From contig CDRNST010000006.1 in assembly GCA_977016875.1 (NCBI GenBank), positions 4,402,001 through 4,466,000 on the forward strand: a stretch of 64,000 bases of DNA, given 5' to 3'. The position numbers and the translations under genes were made by a program. Positions 50,370 to 61,788 of the stretch are shown here, piece by piece. This DNA comes from Pavona decussata. Lineage: Eukaryota. Each line of letters begins with the position of its first letter. Position 1 is the first letter of the stretch. The notes beneath the pieces are model-generated. The model made no database searches and had not been told where the DNA came from. It saw only the letters and a program-made list of their open reading frames with translations.

Positions 50370-50645
50370 ATCTCCGCCGGAAGACTGTTCCATAGTTTTG
50401 GAGCAGCCAACTGAAAGGCTCAGTCACCAAGCGTAGGTAGGCACCGTGCTTTGGCTGGTACCAACAGAGTTGCATTCCTGGACCTGAGATTATATCTTGA
50501 CTGGGGAGCGATAGCAATAAGATCGACCAGGTATTGTGGTGCAAGTCCATGGAGGCACTTGAATGTTAGCAGCACAATTTTGAATTCAATTCTATATTTG
50601 ATGGGGAACTAGTGAAGATCTTCCAAAAAGGGGTGATATATCACC
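50370..50645 (-). mobile_element. L2-clade LINE 3' fragment
   Basis: ITPFLEDLH*FPIKYRIEFKI..KCLHGLAPQYL..YNLRS..LGD*AF..AAPKLWNSLP. Confidence 0.85.
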
Positions 50646-50876
50646 TATCCTCTTACATTACTTTGATACAGTCAATGTATAAAACGAAATCCGCCTCAAA
50701 AGGAAAGAGTAACAAAAGGGTAGGTTTAAAAGAGTTGTAAAAAAAAAATTTCCATTCTAGAAGAGTTTACGAGCTCATGGCTGGTGTACGACGACCTGAC
50801 TGACATCGTTAAGAAGAAAGGGCAAAACGACCTGACTGACGTCATTAAGAAGAAAGGGCAACGAAAGACGAGCAGT

Positions 50877-51660
50877 CCAGGATCAGTAGGAGCACAGGAT
50901 TAGTAGGAACACAGGATCGGTAGGAACACAGGATCAGTAGGAACTCAGGATTAAAAGGAACTTGGATCAGTAGGAACGTAGGATCAGTAGAGACACAGGA
51001 TCAGTAGGAACTCAGGATCAGTAGGAACACAGGATCAGTAGGAACGTAGGATCAGTATGAACTCAGGATCCTACTGATCCTACGTTCCTAGTGATCCTGA
51101 ACTGCTCGTCTTTTGTTGCCCTTTCTTCTTAATGACGTCAGTAGGAACACAGGATCAGTAGGAACGTGGGATCAGTAGCAACACAGGATCACTAGGAACA
51201 CAGGATCATTAGGAACAAAGGATCAGTAGGAACGTAGAATCAGTAGGAACACAGGATCAGTAGGAACTCAGGATTAAAAGGAACTTGGATCAGTAGGAAC
51301 TCAGGATCAGTAGGAACGTAGGATCAGTAGAGACACGGGATCAGTAGGAACTCAGGATCAGTAGGAACACAGGATCAGTAGGAACGTAGGATCAGTATGA
51401 ACTCAGGATCCTACTGATCCTACGTTCCTAGTGATCCTGGACTGCTCGTCTTTCGTTGCCCTTTCTTCTTAATGACGTCAGTAGGAACACAGGATCAGTA
51501 GGAACGTAGGATCAGTAGCAACACAGGATCAGTAGGAACTCAGGATCACTAGGAACACAGGATCATTAGGAACAAAGGATCAGTAGGAACGTAGAATCAG
51601 TAGGAACACAGGATCAGTAGGAACTTAGGATCAGTGGGAACACAAGATTAGTAGGATGAG
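50877..51660. repeat. 17-bp minisatellite (GGATCAGTAGGAACACA) with inverted inserts and a 340-bp higher-order duplication
   Basis: Directly visible. Inverted flank copies lie at about 51069-51141 and 51409-51481. Confidence 0.95.
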
Positions 51661-51714
51661 TAAGAACACAAGATGAGAAACAGAGGGAAGAGAAGGACCG
51701 AGAACGCAATGAAG

Positions 51715-53132
51715 AAGTAGTGGGTTCACGCTATGAGAAGAGACGAAGGAAAGCACTTCAAGGTTACTGAAAATACAAGGATATGCTCCCGTCATTTCAG
51801 GGAAGGTGATATTAAAAGATCTCTCGCCCGCAAGAACGAAGTAAGAGATGGAGTTCTCCCTTCTGTGTTTCCATGGATTTGTAAATCGCCACGCCAAAGG
51901 AAGAACCCGGCGGAAAAAAAACTTCGAACTGACAGCTTCGAAAAGTACATCACGGAAATTGTCTACCTCAGCTGCCTCTGTTGAAGAATTTCCAAGCGAA
52001 GTGGTCCCAGATCTACCAGATTGTAGCTTAAAAGTCGACGACAAAACACAAACTGATTTTACCGAGCAGGAAGCCTACTTGAGGGAAATTATTGACAACA
52101 ATAGTAAAATGATTCATAAACTCGAACAGGAAATTCAGGAACTTAATTGCCAACTGCAAGATACCCAGCGTCAAAATGATGTTCTTAGTAAGCGATTGTT
52201 TAATTTTGAAAACTTTAAGTCAAAGGATTCCAATGCTGCTTTTTATACGGGCTTTCAAAGCTGGGACACTTTAATGGCTGTTTTTGAGTATCTTGATCCT
52301 AGGGAAAGGGGTGAGAACATTTCCTACTGGTGGTCTACAAATGACAACAACAGTGATTACAGTGAGGAGGAACTACTAACAAAAAGGGGTAGAGCTAGAT
52401 CTTTAAGGCCCATTGATGAATTTTTTATGGTCTTGTGCAGACTAAGGCAAGGAATCCCAGAGGACCATCTGGCTCAATTATTTAATATATCAGCATCCAC
52501 AGTTAGCAGAATAATTATCACATGGGTCAACTTTATGTTCTTTACGTTTGGGCAAATAAACATTTGGCCCAGCAGAAAAGTAATTGATACTACAATGCCT
52601 GAAGCTTTGAAAGGAAAGTACAAATCTACTCGAGTCTAATTGACTGTACTGAGGTTAGGTGTCAAATGCCAAGCATTCTGCAGTTGAATGGAGAACTTTT
52701 CAGTTCCTACAAAAATCACATAACTTTGAAAGGTTTGGTTGGCTTTTCTCCCGGTGGAGTAGTTACTTTCATACAGGTTCTATCTCCGATCGAGAAATTG
52801 TCTGAAGTAGTGGATTTTTAGTTCTACCATTTGATGACAAAGACTCCATCATGGCAGATAAGGGATTCACAATTCAGGATTTGTTGCCATTGGGGGTTAG
52901 TTTAAATTTGCCACCCTTTCTTGGAGCATCTTTACAGATGGCTGCAGAAGATGTGGTAAAAACACAGGAGATTGCAAGTTTAAGGATACATGTTGAACGT
53001 GCCATCAACAAGATTAAGAATTTTCACATATGGGACAGAGTTGTCCCACTACATCAAATGGGAATTGTAAACCACATGTGGGTAGTATGTGCATTCTGTT
53101 GTAACGTACAAGCCAACATTATATCAATGTGA
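51715..53132 (+). pseudogene. ISL2EU-type transposase (partial THAP + HTH_Tnp_4 + DDE_Tnp_4)
   Basis: WVHAMRRD..RICSRHF..PSVF; FYTGF; DEFFMVLCRLRQG..LAQLFNISASTVSR; IDCTE..SYKNH; MADKGF..LNLPPFL..IASLRIHVERAI. Confidence 0.9.
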
Positions 53133-53702
53133 CTATTTCATTCATGTGAGGCATTTTAGAATTGATTATTTAATCCATAAGTTGCCTTCAAACCTCTTCT
53201 CTCCCCAGATTGTATGGGATTGTTTATTGAGCATTAAGAGAGACAACATTTTCCCCCACAGTTCTGATTATTTATTGTGAGGTTTACATTACATTTTAGA
53301 GACATCTTTTGAATCTATAAAGACTCTTAACCTTGACAATGTTATCAATGTTATTTCAGTTCTCTTTGATTTAAAGTTTTTAAACCGGTTGGATTTTAAT
53401 ATTCCGTTGGATTCTAAAGCATACTTTTCAAACAAAGGAGAATAAACATCTAACTGATTGGAAAAATTTTAACCCAAAACAAATTGTAAACAGTATGACA
53501 ACAGTTATGTGAAATTTTTTCTCATGTAAGGTATTAATTCATAGTCAACAAAAAAAATCACAGCAATTAAAATACATGATTTTAGAAGCATGGTATTACC
53601 AATTCTGTTCCAAACATAGAAATGTCAGAACAAATAATTCTTGCTTTAGCTAACAGGCTCAACCAGATGTATCTGTGCACAAGATTTCACAGTTTCTGCT
53701 GT

Positions 53703-55608
53703 TTACTTGACAATCTCCATCGAAAACTTTGCAGAAGCAAACTTAATAAAGTGTTCAAAGTAATAAGAGAGCAGTTTCTGCTTTAGTCCAGCCCGGAAAA
53801 CAGGGTCAAAAAGTATACGTTGAACATAAATGCCTTTGCTGGTATACACAATAAAGTCTAACCACCTTGCCCCAGTAACTGCCATCTGTCCCTGGACTTG
53901 AGCATAGTAGGGGTGGTCTTCTTTCAATTTACAATTCGAAACACCTCTCTTTTCCATGAAGAACTTTGGATCTGTGCAAGCATCAAGGGGTGATACATGA
54001 TACTTAATGTATGGGCATTTTACTTCTGCTACCCAAAGTAATCAGTGCACCCAAAGTCAACTACTTGTGCATCAGGGGTAGCACGTAAAATCGGACATCC
54101 TTTTGATACCACAAGTCCACAGGGCAGTACCATGAACTTCTCATACTCCATGAGAGCAACTGGTTCATACTTTTTGCCATGTTCTAAATATTTAGAAAAA
54201 ACTGGTGTGGGATTCAGCAGTTGCTCAGCAAATGTAGCATGGTTTCTTTGTCGTTTCGAAATCAAATGATATTGTGATGCTGTAAATCTGAATTTTCTTT
54301 CTTCCTTCCATTTTGGGCATTCGGCTTGTTTCCTTGTTTGAGTTTCTAGTTTATTGATTTCATCTTCAACTAAAGTTATAGATTGTAAACGTTTGTGGTC
54401 ATTCTCAGACAAATTATCTGGAATTACCATGCTATCAATGTCCCTTAGAGGAAACCTTGGATAATTAAGGCATCATTATTGATTTGATCGAGCCTTAAAA
54501 TGCAGTTAATATATGCAGTGGCCTCAAAGTGTGATTCTGTTAGAGCAACTTGATATGACAAGAAACTGCCAACTTGAAATTTGCCAAACTTTGTTTCCAC
54601 ATGACTAGCACTCTCCTCATCAGTCTGCTCATTAGCCATTTGAGACAGGCCCATATTGGAATCGATTTTTCTCAGTTGCTCCTTAAAATTTTGCTCAGTA
54701 GCCAGATTATGTGTATTTTTCATTCTTGCATCATACACAAGCGGTTTGATACCGGACCGTGAAGTGGATTCAGCATCCTTTACTTTTCTTACTTGTACTG
54801 TCATTACTGGTTGAAGAGTAATGTTCTTCCCCCCACCCTTTTTGTGCCACTGCTGGAGTTGAGAAGTACAAGCTACGGAGGACTGTTGATCTTGTTCCTC
54901 GCTCAGATCTTTAGTAGTAGTGGCAGAAAATAACGTATACTTGCACATCTTAAACATCAGCGCTAATACGTGATTGCAAAATCCAACTTTTCCTACCACA
55001 CACGAACATGAAGCACTCACCACTTCCCCAGATAAGATACATAGGGCAATTTGCAGATTATGAGGAGGGTCGCTTTTTCGGAAACTATGGTAACACTCCG
55101 TCTTAAAGAAAAAGTATCTGGAATCACTCACACATTCAATCTCTTCCAAATATTCGTCGTCTAAGAAACGCCTGGCCTTTATTAATCCGGTCGGAACGGT
55201 GTGATGATCTACATTGGCGATCGCTTTCCCAGACTTCAAAACATGCCGGCTCATCTGGAGCCGCGTAAACATAGGCATCTTTTCCAGTGATGTTCCCCAT
55301 CCTGAGCTGGGAAACTGAAACGATTCATCAATTTCAGTGTCAGGCTCAGAACTCGTGCCTTGCTTCTCCTTTCTACGGCTGTAAATTTTGTAAGGATCTG
55401 GATTAACGACCTGTTTGTCTTTGCCTGTTCGTACATACTCATACACTCGCTTTACCAGCTCTGCTTTCGTCTTTAAGCCTTTTCCCGCGTCTCGACGACA
55501 TTTGAGCCAAAAATTAAGCTCTGAGATTTTTAATTTCTCAGGTTTTCTTCCTAGAAGAGAAGCGCCAGGTATATCATTTTCCGTGAGAAATGTCGAAGAG
55601 CTCGCCAT
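53703..55608 (-). pseudogene. ISL2EU second ORF: SWIM Zn finger + YqaJ/lambda-exonuclease (frameshifted)
   Basis: SWIM CSCVVG..CNHVLA; YqaJ W..ERKFRFTAS..HGKKYEP..ATPD..EVKCP..YYAQVQGQMAVTG..DFIVY. Convergent with the DDE gene. Confidence 0.9.
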
Positions 55609-55750
55609 TGTATACAAAAAGAGACACGATGCGATCTTTTGGCCTTTCTGACCTCGTTTTCATGCAACTCGATCCAGGCTTATCGCGGTGTCTGCCATTA
55701 TGAAAGTCCTCATCAATTTATAATTTAGTTTTTGTTTCTTCTACTTTCTT

Positions 55751-58674
55751 TCATACAGCTGACAATGATTTAGGGCGCAGAAAAAGCTGTTGGTGTTCCA
55801 ATTCACTGCAAAACTGCACAATCCTATTGTAGTCTGAAAAGACCTTGCTTGTTGAAACATCCTGATTTGTGTTTAGCAGGTACAAAAGCAAAGCATAAAA
55901 GACAAAATATTGATCTCCCAACCAAGTTGGAGTTATGGGTTCTTCTGCTCTCTTATCCATATAGTCTTGATCTGTTTGGCAGACATCTCGTTGAAAATCT
56001 TGTTTGGCTCTTTTTCGTGGGAGTGGTTCTAGTGTGTGTCTCTCCTGCATATTTCTACCAAAGGGGTTAACTCACGAACGGCACGAACAGAAATTGTTGA
56101 AACTCTGGAGGGCGCGAAAGCATGGACAGCGTGATTTGTATGTTTTGGGGAAATCGCTGTTCCTGGTCTTTCCAGCCGCTCCACGACAACATGAACATCA
56201 AGTTTCATTCTTGTCTGATTGATTACCGTATTAGATACTCACTCGTCCGTCTCCTCGAGAGCGTTTGCAGTAATCAGTAGAACGGTGTCTGTTATCTTTT
56301 GTTCAGGGACCAAGTTATAGTGTCCGCTACCACTATGAACATAAGCAAGGCAAATGGGAGCCTCAGACAACACGCGAGTTCGTGGAATAACATGAGAAAT
56401 AGGGTAGTTTTCCACTGAGGTAAAAATTACAAGGGGCATTTGTAATATATTACTCATCGCCAGAGGAACACGCTTACCTAGTTCCAAATCAAGGTCTTTA
56501 AATTACCATGCTTCTTCATCGTACCTATTGGGTGAGGTTACAAGGAATGGCTCGTAGACATGGCTATTTGGACCTGTGAATTCCTCTACTATCAACTGCC
56601 TAAGAACGCTTATTTTGTCGCACTTATTGACATGCTGGCTAAGCGCAAGAGATTGAAGATGAGATGCGAGGTTACAGTTCTCTGATCTCAGAATTGAACT
56701 TACATTTTCAGAGATACAGTAGAAAAAGCAGTCACCATCACCTGGCATTGGTAACGGAGCATATCCAAACGCCTTTAAAACTTTCCTCAACCTATCCTTG
56801 CAGTCTTCCACGAACGTGCAAGGAAATAATACGAGGATTCTCCCAGTAAACTGAGACAGATTGACTTGCATTGTTTGCTGTAGGTGCCTAGCATTGCGCT
56901 TGCAAACTCTGAGCTAAGCTCTTCTTATATAGGGCATAGTCTAGAACTCGTTGGTAAGCATCTTCCTTGCTGATTTTTTCAAAAGCGTTGCCATCATTTT
57001 CATTGCTCTCGTCTTCAATACTGCTGAATCGAATTACTTTCATAGCAGGGACCTGGCTCAGAGCTATCTTCCAATTTTTCCTTGCTGCATTTCATTTGAA
57101 GCTCTTCAGTGCCATACACTTCTCGGCCATCATGAATATCCATAGAGTCTAAATAATGCGTGTCATGAGGGTACTGTTGATGATCCAATCTTGTCCGAGA
57201 ACTGTCGCTTGTTCCACCTGTATAAACAAGTCCCTATACTTGCCATGACTACTTTAACTCCCACCCTTCTCTTCTCTACATTTTACGAAGGCTTTTATGC
57301 ACCGACTCTTGCCTGCCAGTTCCAGCCTTTGGAGGTATATTTCCCAAACAACCTTTCTCAATGTGTATTTTTAACCTATCCAATTCCTTATGGGCCTTGT
57401 CTTCCCGAAAGTCCAACATTTGTCCAGTTTTCCCGAAACTGAGCCAAGTTTTCCAGGATCACTTGGCGTAAAGGTGTTGGTTGTTTTCGTTCTTTCTCTA
57501 TATCACCAGATTGACGAAAAACTAAACGAAAGCATGAGAATTGAGACACTTTTCTCTAAAGGGGTGTCTTTTTAATTTTACTGGCACAACATGAAACAAA
57601 TCAAGTTTGATCTGAATGAGTCCAAATACCCCTTGCAATAATAACCTCCTGGAGCAGCAGTTGTCAATAGAAAATCCCGGATGATCACTTTATGCTTATT
57701 AAACCGTTTTTGGGTGTCCCACGAGTAAATGTTTTACTCTACTGAAGCCAGTGCCTCTGGTCAGTTGCCAAGGTAGAAGAATGCCTTCCTCGTTCATTAT
57801 GGAAAACATGGAGCCAAATTGCCGAATCCATTGTCCCTTTTGCCACATACCTACATTGCCAGCGACCTTGAATATGTGGTCAGAGCATAGCCAACTGCCT
57901 GTGAACGATGACATCCTTGCATTGTAAAGTTTTTCTTTATTGAGAGAGGCGTGAAGAAAACATTGGCGAATTAGCTTTCTGTTGGGATGTAGCGGTGAAA
58001 CCTTTGGTATGTTACTAGTATTTAGTTTTGGTATGTCTGCTGAGGTAGTTCTTATCATAGCTAACGCTCTGATGCCCATCTCTGTGTGGTAACTGTGCCA
58101 AATTTGCTTTAAGAGTGATTCTACTTCCATGTACGTCATTCCTGACGCAGATTGAACGGTTATCAGTCTGTACAAACGACGCTTAATTCCATTTTTGTGT
58201 AAAAGTACAAAGGGGATTAGTTCTTCCTTTGTAAACTCCTTCAGAATGTGAGGGTCATGGCCGACTGTTCGGTGATCATTCTTGCATGCATAGACTCTAC
58301 TCACCAGCAGAACAGTACTCTCAAGATCTGGGGTTGCCATGCTTCCAGTTAAGTCCATCCTTCCAGCTCCTAGGCTTCAGAATTTGGTCACACTGGGGAC
58401 AACGTAATTCTCCATTGAAATACTGAAGCAAAGGATCCCAAAGAATAATATCAGGAATAAAGAACGCTTCTACGCTCTGTTGGTCCTCATCATCGTGATT
58501 ATAATAAATGGAGAATGTTTTAGTGAGCTTTCCTTTCTTATACCGATCTATAAGTGTTGCTATGCCTTTTAATACGTTTGAAGGTGGCGGGTTGCCATCA
58601 CTGTGATGTATAACAAAAACAACCACCAGTCATAAGAGTACTAGTCTGTATGACTTCCTTAAAGGAACATCCAT
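55751..58674 (-). pseudogene. MULE-like DDE transposase fused to an OTU protease and a CxC-like Cys cluster (decayed)
   Basis: CSDHIFKV (D1), SIDNCC (D2), KLDLFH, GCLGNIPP.AGTGRQESVH (E); OTU MPGDGDCFF ... GSGHY; then CSC..RCPC..CSC. Confidence 0.65.
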
Positions 58675-60343
58675 TTTCATTCAAGGGAAATCTAAAGGAG
58701 AAGGCTGGAAACTGTGCGGGCTACCTGTCATACAAACCACATAAAGGTTCATTAAAATGTGACAATTGTAATGAATATGTTAAAGTGCGTAAGAGAGAAT
58801 AAAAGATGTCATGATAGCACAACTGAATAAAACAAGTGTTAATTGTCAATTAGAGGAGTTCGTTGGACAGGGTGACGTTAGTGAGCGAGGCACCAACCAA
58901 CTAGATAAAAGTTCCCGGCCAATGCTTCTGAAAAAAGTGAAACGTGAAAAATATTGAGAAAAGTTCAAGGAAAGATCGCAATTACGACTTCGCCCTTCGG
59001 ACGCACTAACTGATCAATGAGATGCTCTGCTCCACTCAAGTGATCGTTCAAAAACCTAAGGTTTGTTGTGGCGGTAGACTTTCCTAAAGCTGAAAACGTT
59101 GTTTTTACTGATAGTGAGCATAAAATAAAAGTTGAAATAAAACATTTTTGTACAAATTATCTGCTTAGTATGTGGTCACTGCACAATGATTTGGCTAAAA
59201 CAATTAGACCTATCGCTGTCGGTTTCTATTCGCTTGGATTCTCGATGGAAATTAAACCTCGAGATGGCCTTCTAATTACTAGAACCACGAAAGCACGTTT
59301 TGGAAAACGCGGTTTGCTTCCACATCTACTTTGTCTTTTTACAAAAAAACAAAGAGTATATCTATATAAAAGTTATACTGCTGAAGTTTAATGTGAAAAA
59401 GAAATATCACTATACACAAGTGCCGCTGTCTCAATCGCCAAAGACTCGCAACTATTCTTGCCCAATGCTAAGCCATTATGACGATGAAAAAGAAATAAAA
59501 AGAGGTCATTTCTGTAGTTTTGCTATGGTGCACGAAAACTAAGCTGAAAAATATTTAGAAGAAGGACAATTCAAAGTATTGGGGCTCGACTCTACTTTTA
59601 TGCCACACAATTTGACAGCATAAGGAAAGTATCAAGTGTTTAATAAATCAATTAGATTTGCCAAGTAATGGTTTTCTCTTCTGTTAGCATACAATGTAAG
59701 AGGCAAACAGTAAAAGGTAATAAGGAATTTAAATAGATACTTTGATTTTTTAGTGGCAATTTCCACATAGCTTTGAAAGCCAAGTAAACTTTGTGGTCGA
59801 CTCTTGCTTTTTAGGAGATTCTGTTTTCATGTTGAAGGGTGCAAAAGTGTTTTTATAAAATGAACAATGTGGTTCAAGTCACTTTCCGCTTTTTCCTTGC
59901 AAGAGTATGAAATTAATTAAGAATAAACATAAAATCAACAGTGGTATAACACAACACTACCAATGCAAAACCTTTAATAGGTAGTAAATATAACATCATA
60001 GCTTTAATATGTCACAATTGCTGAAGTGGACGATTTTAATTACTGTTGATTCGCAACTTCTACGTTAGTCACTTTACCATTTCTCGGTGTTGCTGAAATG
60101 AAAAGAGCAATTATGTCATTTATGCCACCTTCATCGCTTGATAAAATTTCACAGAAGCGAAATAATTACAACTCCCCATGTACAGGTTTTTTTTTTGTTA
60201 CTTTGAAAAGAATCAAAGAAGGAAGTGCTCTCCCAAAAAAAAAAAGTGGGGGTCACCGTGCATCCAACAAAAACATTCTCATACCAAGTTTACGCCTCGG
60301 TCATCAGCGCTACATTTTGTTGATTTTGTTTTTTACTCGGTGT

Positions 60344-60963
60344 GCGTGCTTGATGTATGACATAGCACGCACGAGCCTAATAAAAAGCCACCAAGGCCAG
60401 GTATTAGGGATGGGCGCGAATGTCCTTAAATTCTCTGGACAAATCAGAAAAACAAATTGTTTCTCCAACGTTTGATTAAGCTGATAGCACTAAAAGTTGG
60501 AACAAATGTTATCATTTGTGTTTTCAACAATAGTATCTGGAGTATCTTATTCAATTAACTACCGATGAGGAAAAAATTTTAAGAAATCAGTCCATTGTAA
60601 GGAACCCAAAGAGTGTTCCAGGCGTCCGGCTAGTTGGTTAATAAGTTATCCAAAGCGTGCTTGATGTATGACGTGGCACGCACAAGCCTAATAAAAAGCG
60701 TGTGCACTAAAGACACGTATTAGGGATGGGCGCGAATGTCCTTAAATTCTCCGAACAAATCAGAAAAACAAATCGTTTCTCCAACCATTTAATTAATGTG
60801 ACAGCACTAAAGCTTGGAACAAATGTTATCATTTGTGTTTTTAACAATAGTATCTGGAGTATCTTATTCCATTGACTACCCATGAGGAAAAAAATTAAGA
60901 AATCAGTTGATTGTAAGAAACCCAAAAAGTGTTCCAGGGGTCCGGTTAGTTGGTTAATTAGTT
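60344..60963. repeat. Tandem duplication (about 311 bp) spanning a Kolobok-like terminus
   Basis: Units start with GCGTGCTTGATGTATGAC at 60344 and 60655. Each contains GCGCGAATGTCC|TTAA. Confidence 0.85.
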
Positions 60964-61329
60964 CAAGGGTAATTGAACCTGACGACTAGAAAAAGCTTCC
61001 AAAAACAGGAACGGAGCTTGTTTCGATTGGCATATACAGTATATGTCAGAATTCTGCCTCTTCATTATCCTTATCAATTCACAATTATATTCCCTCACAA
61101 TTACATACTCTCAGAGAGAGATTGCATAGGTAAGTAAGTAAGTGAGTAAGAACTTTATTATATTATAGTGTCTAAGTTTCTAGCATACAATGTACACTAA
61201 TTGGGGACACCTAACTACAATTGCTTGTCTAGTAGCTAACAAAATAATCTAATAATCAATAAAATATATAAAATGTACGTCCACATGTCAAATCGGGTAT
61301 TAGTTGTTACATAAAAAACAGTCTTTACC

Positions 61330-61520
61330 AGTGCTGTCTAGCAGGCTTGTGAAATTAACAAGTTTAATACGCTTTTTGAAAGTGCCCAGTGATTCAGACA
61401 ATCAAATAGATATATTGAGCTTGGACCAAATGACAGGGCCAAGGTCAATCAGGCTGTGTTTGCCATAAACAACAGTCCGAAATCTAGGCATGACAAAATC
61501 ATGGTTACGGCTATCATTTG
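61330..61520 (-). mobile_element. LINE 3' fragment
   Basis: DFVMPRFRTVVYGKHSL..LGPVIWSKL..FKKRI. Confidence 0.7.
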
Positions 61521-61788
61521 AAATAATGGTTATTCGGGTCCTTTACTCCCTTTATCAATATCTCTGGCGCAAATTGTTTAGTCTCATTACTAATCATCCT
61601 CCTCCTCCTCGGTTATTGCATAAGTTATCTCGAGTTCGGCCTTGTCAGGTGACTTATTAAGCATCTTATTGAAAAGCTCTCGAAAGAGACAACTGACAGG
61701 TGCTCTTGCGGTGAAATGCTGACGGTACATTTCTTTAGTGACATCATAATTCTGGAGGCCCTTTGCGGTTGCGCGAAATGGAAGAAGC

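Noticed and set aside
50877-51660. CRISPR-like array
   Set aside because: The 17-bp units are contiguous with no unique spacers, there are no cas genes and the context is eukaryotic. It is a minisatellite.
53703-54430. Viral or phage recombinase acquired horizontally
   Set aside because: YqaJ with SWIM, convergent to a THAP-DDE gene, is the standard ISL2EU second ORF.
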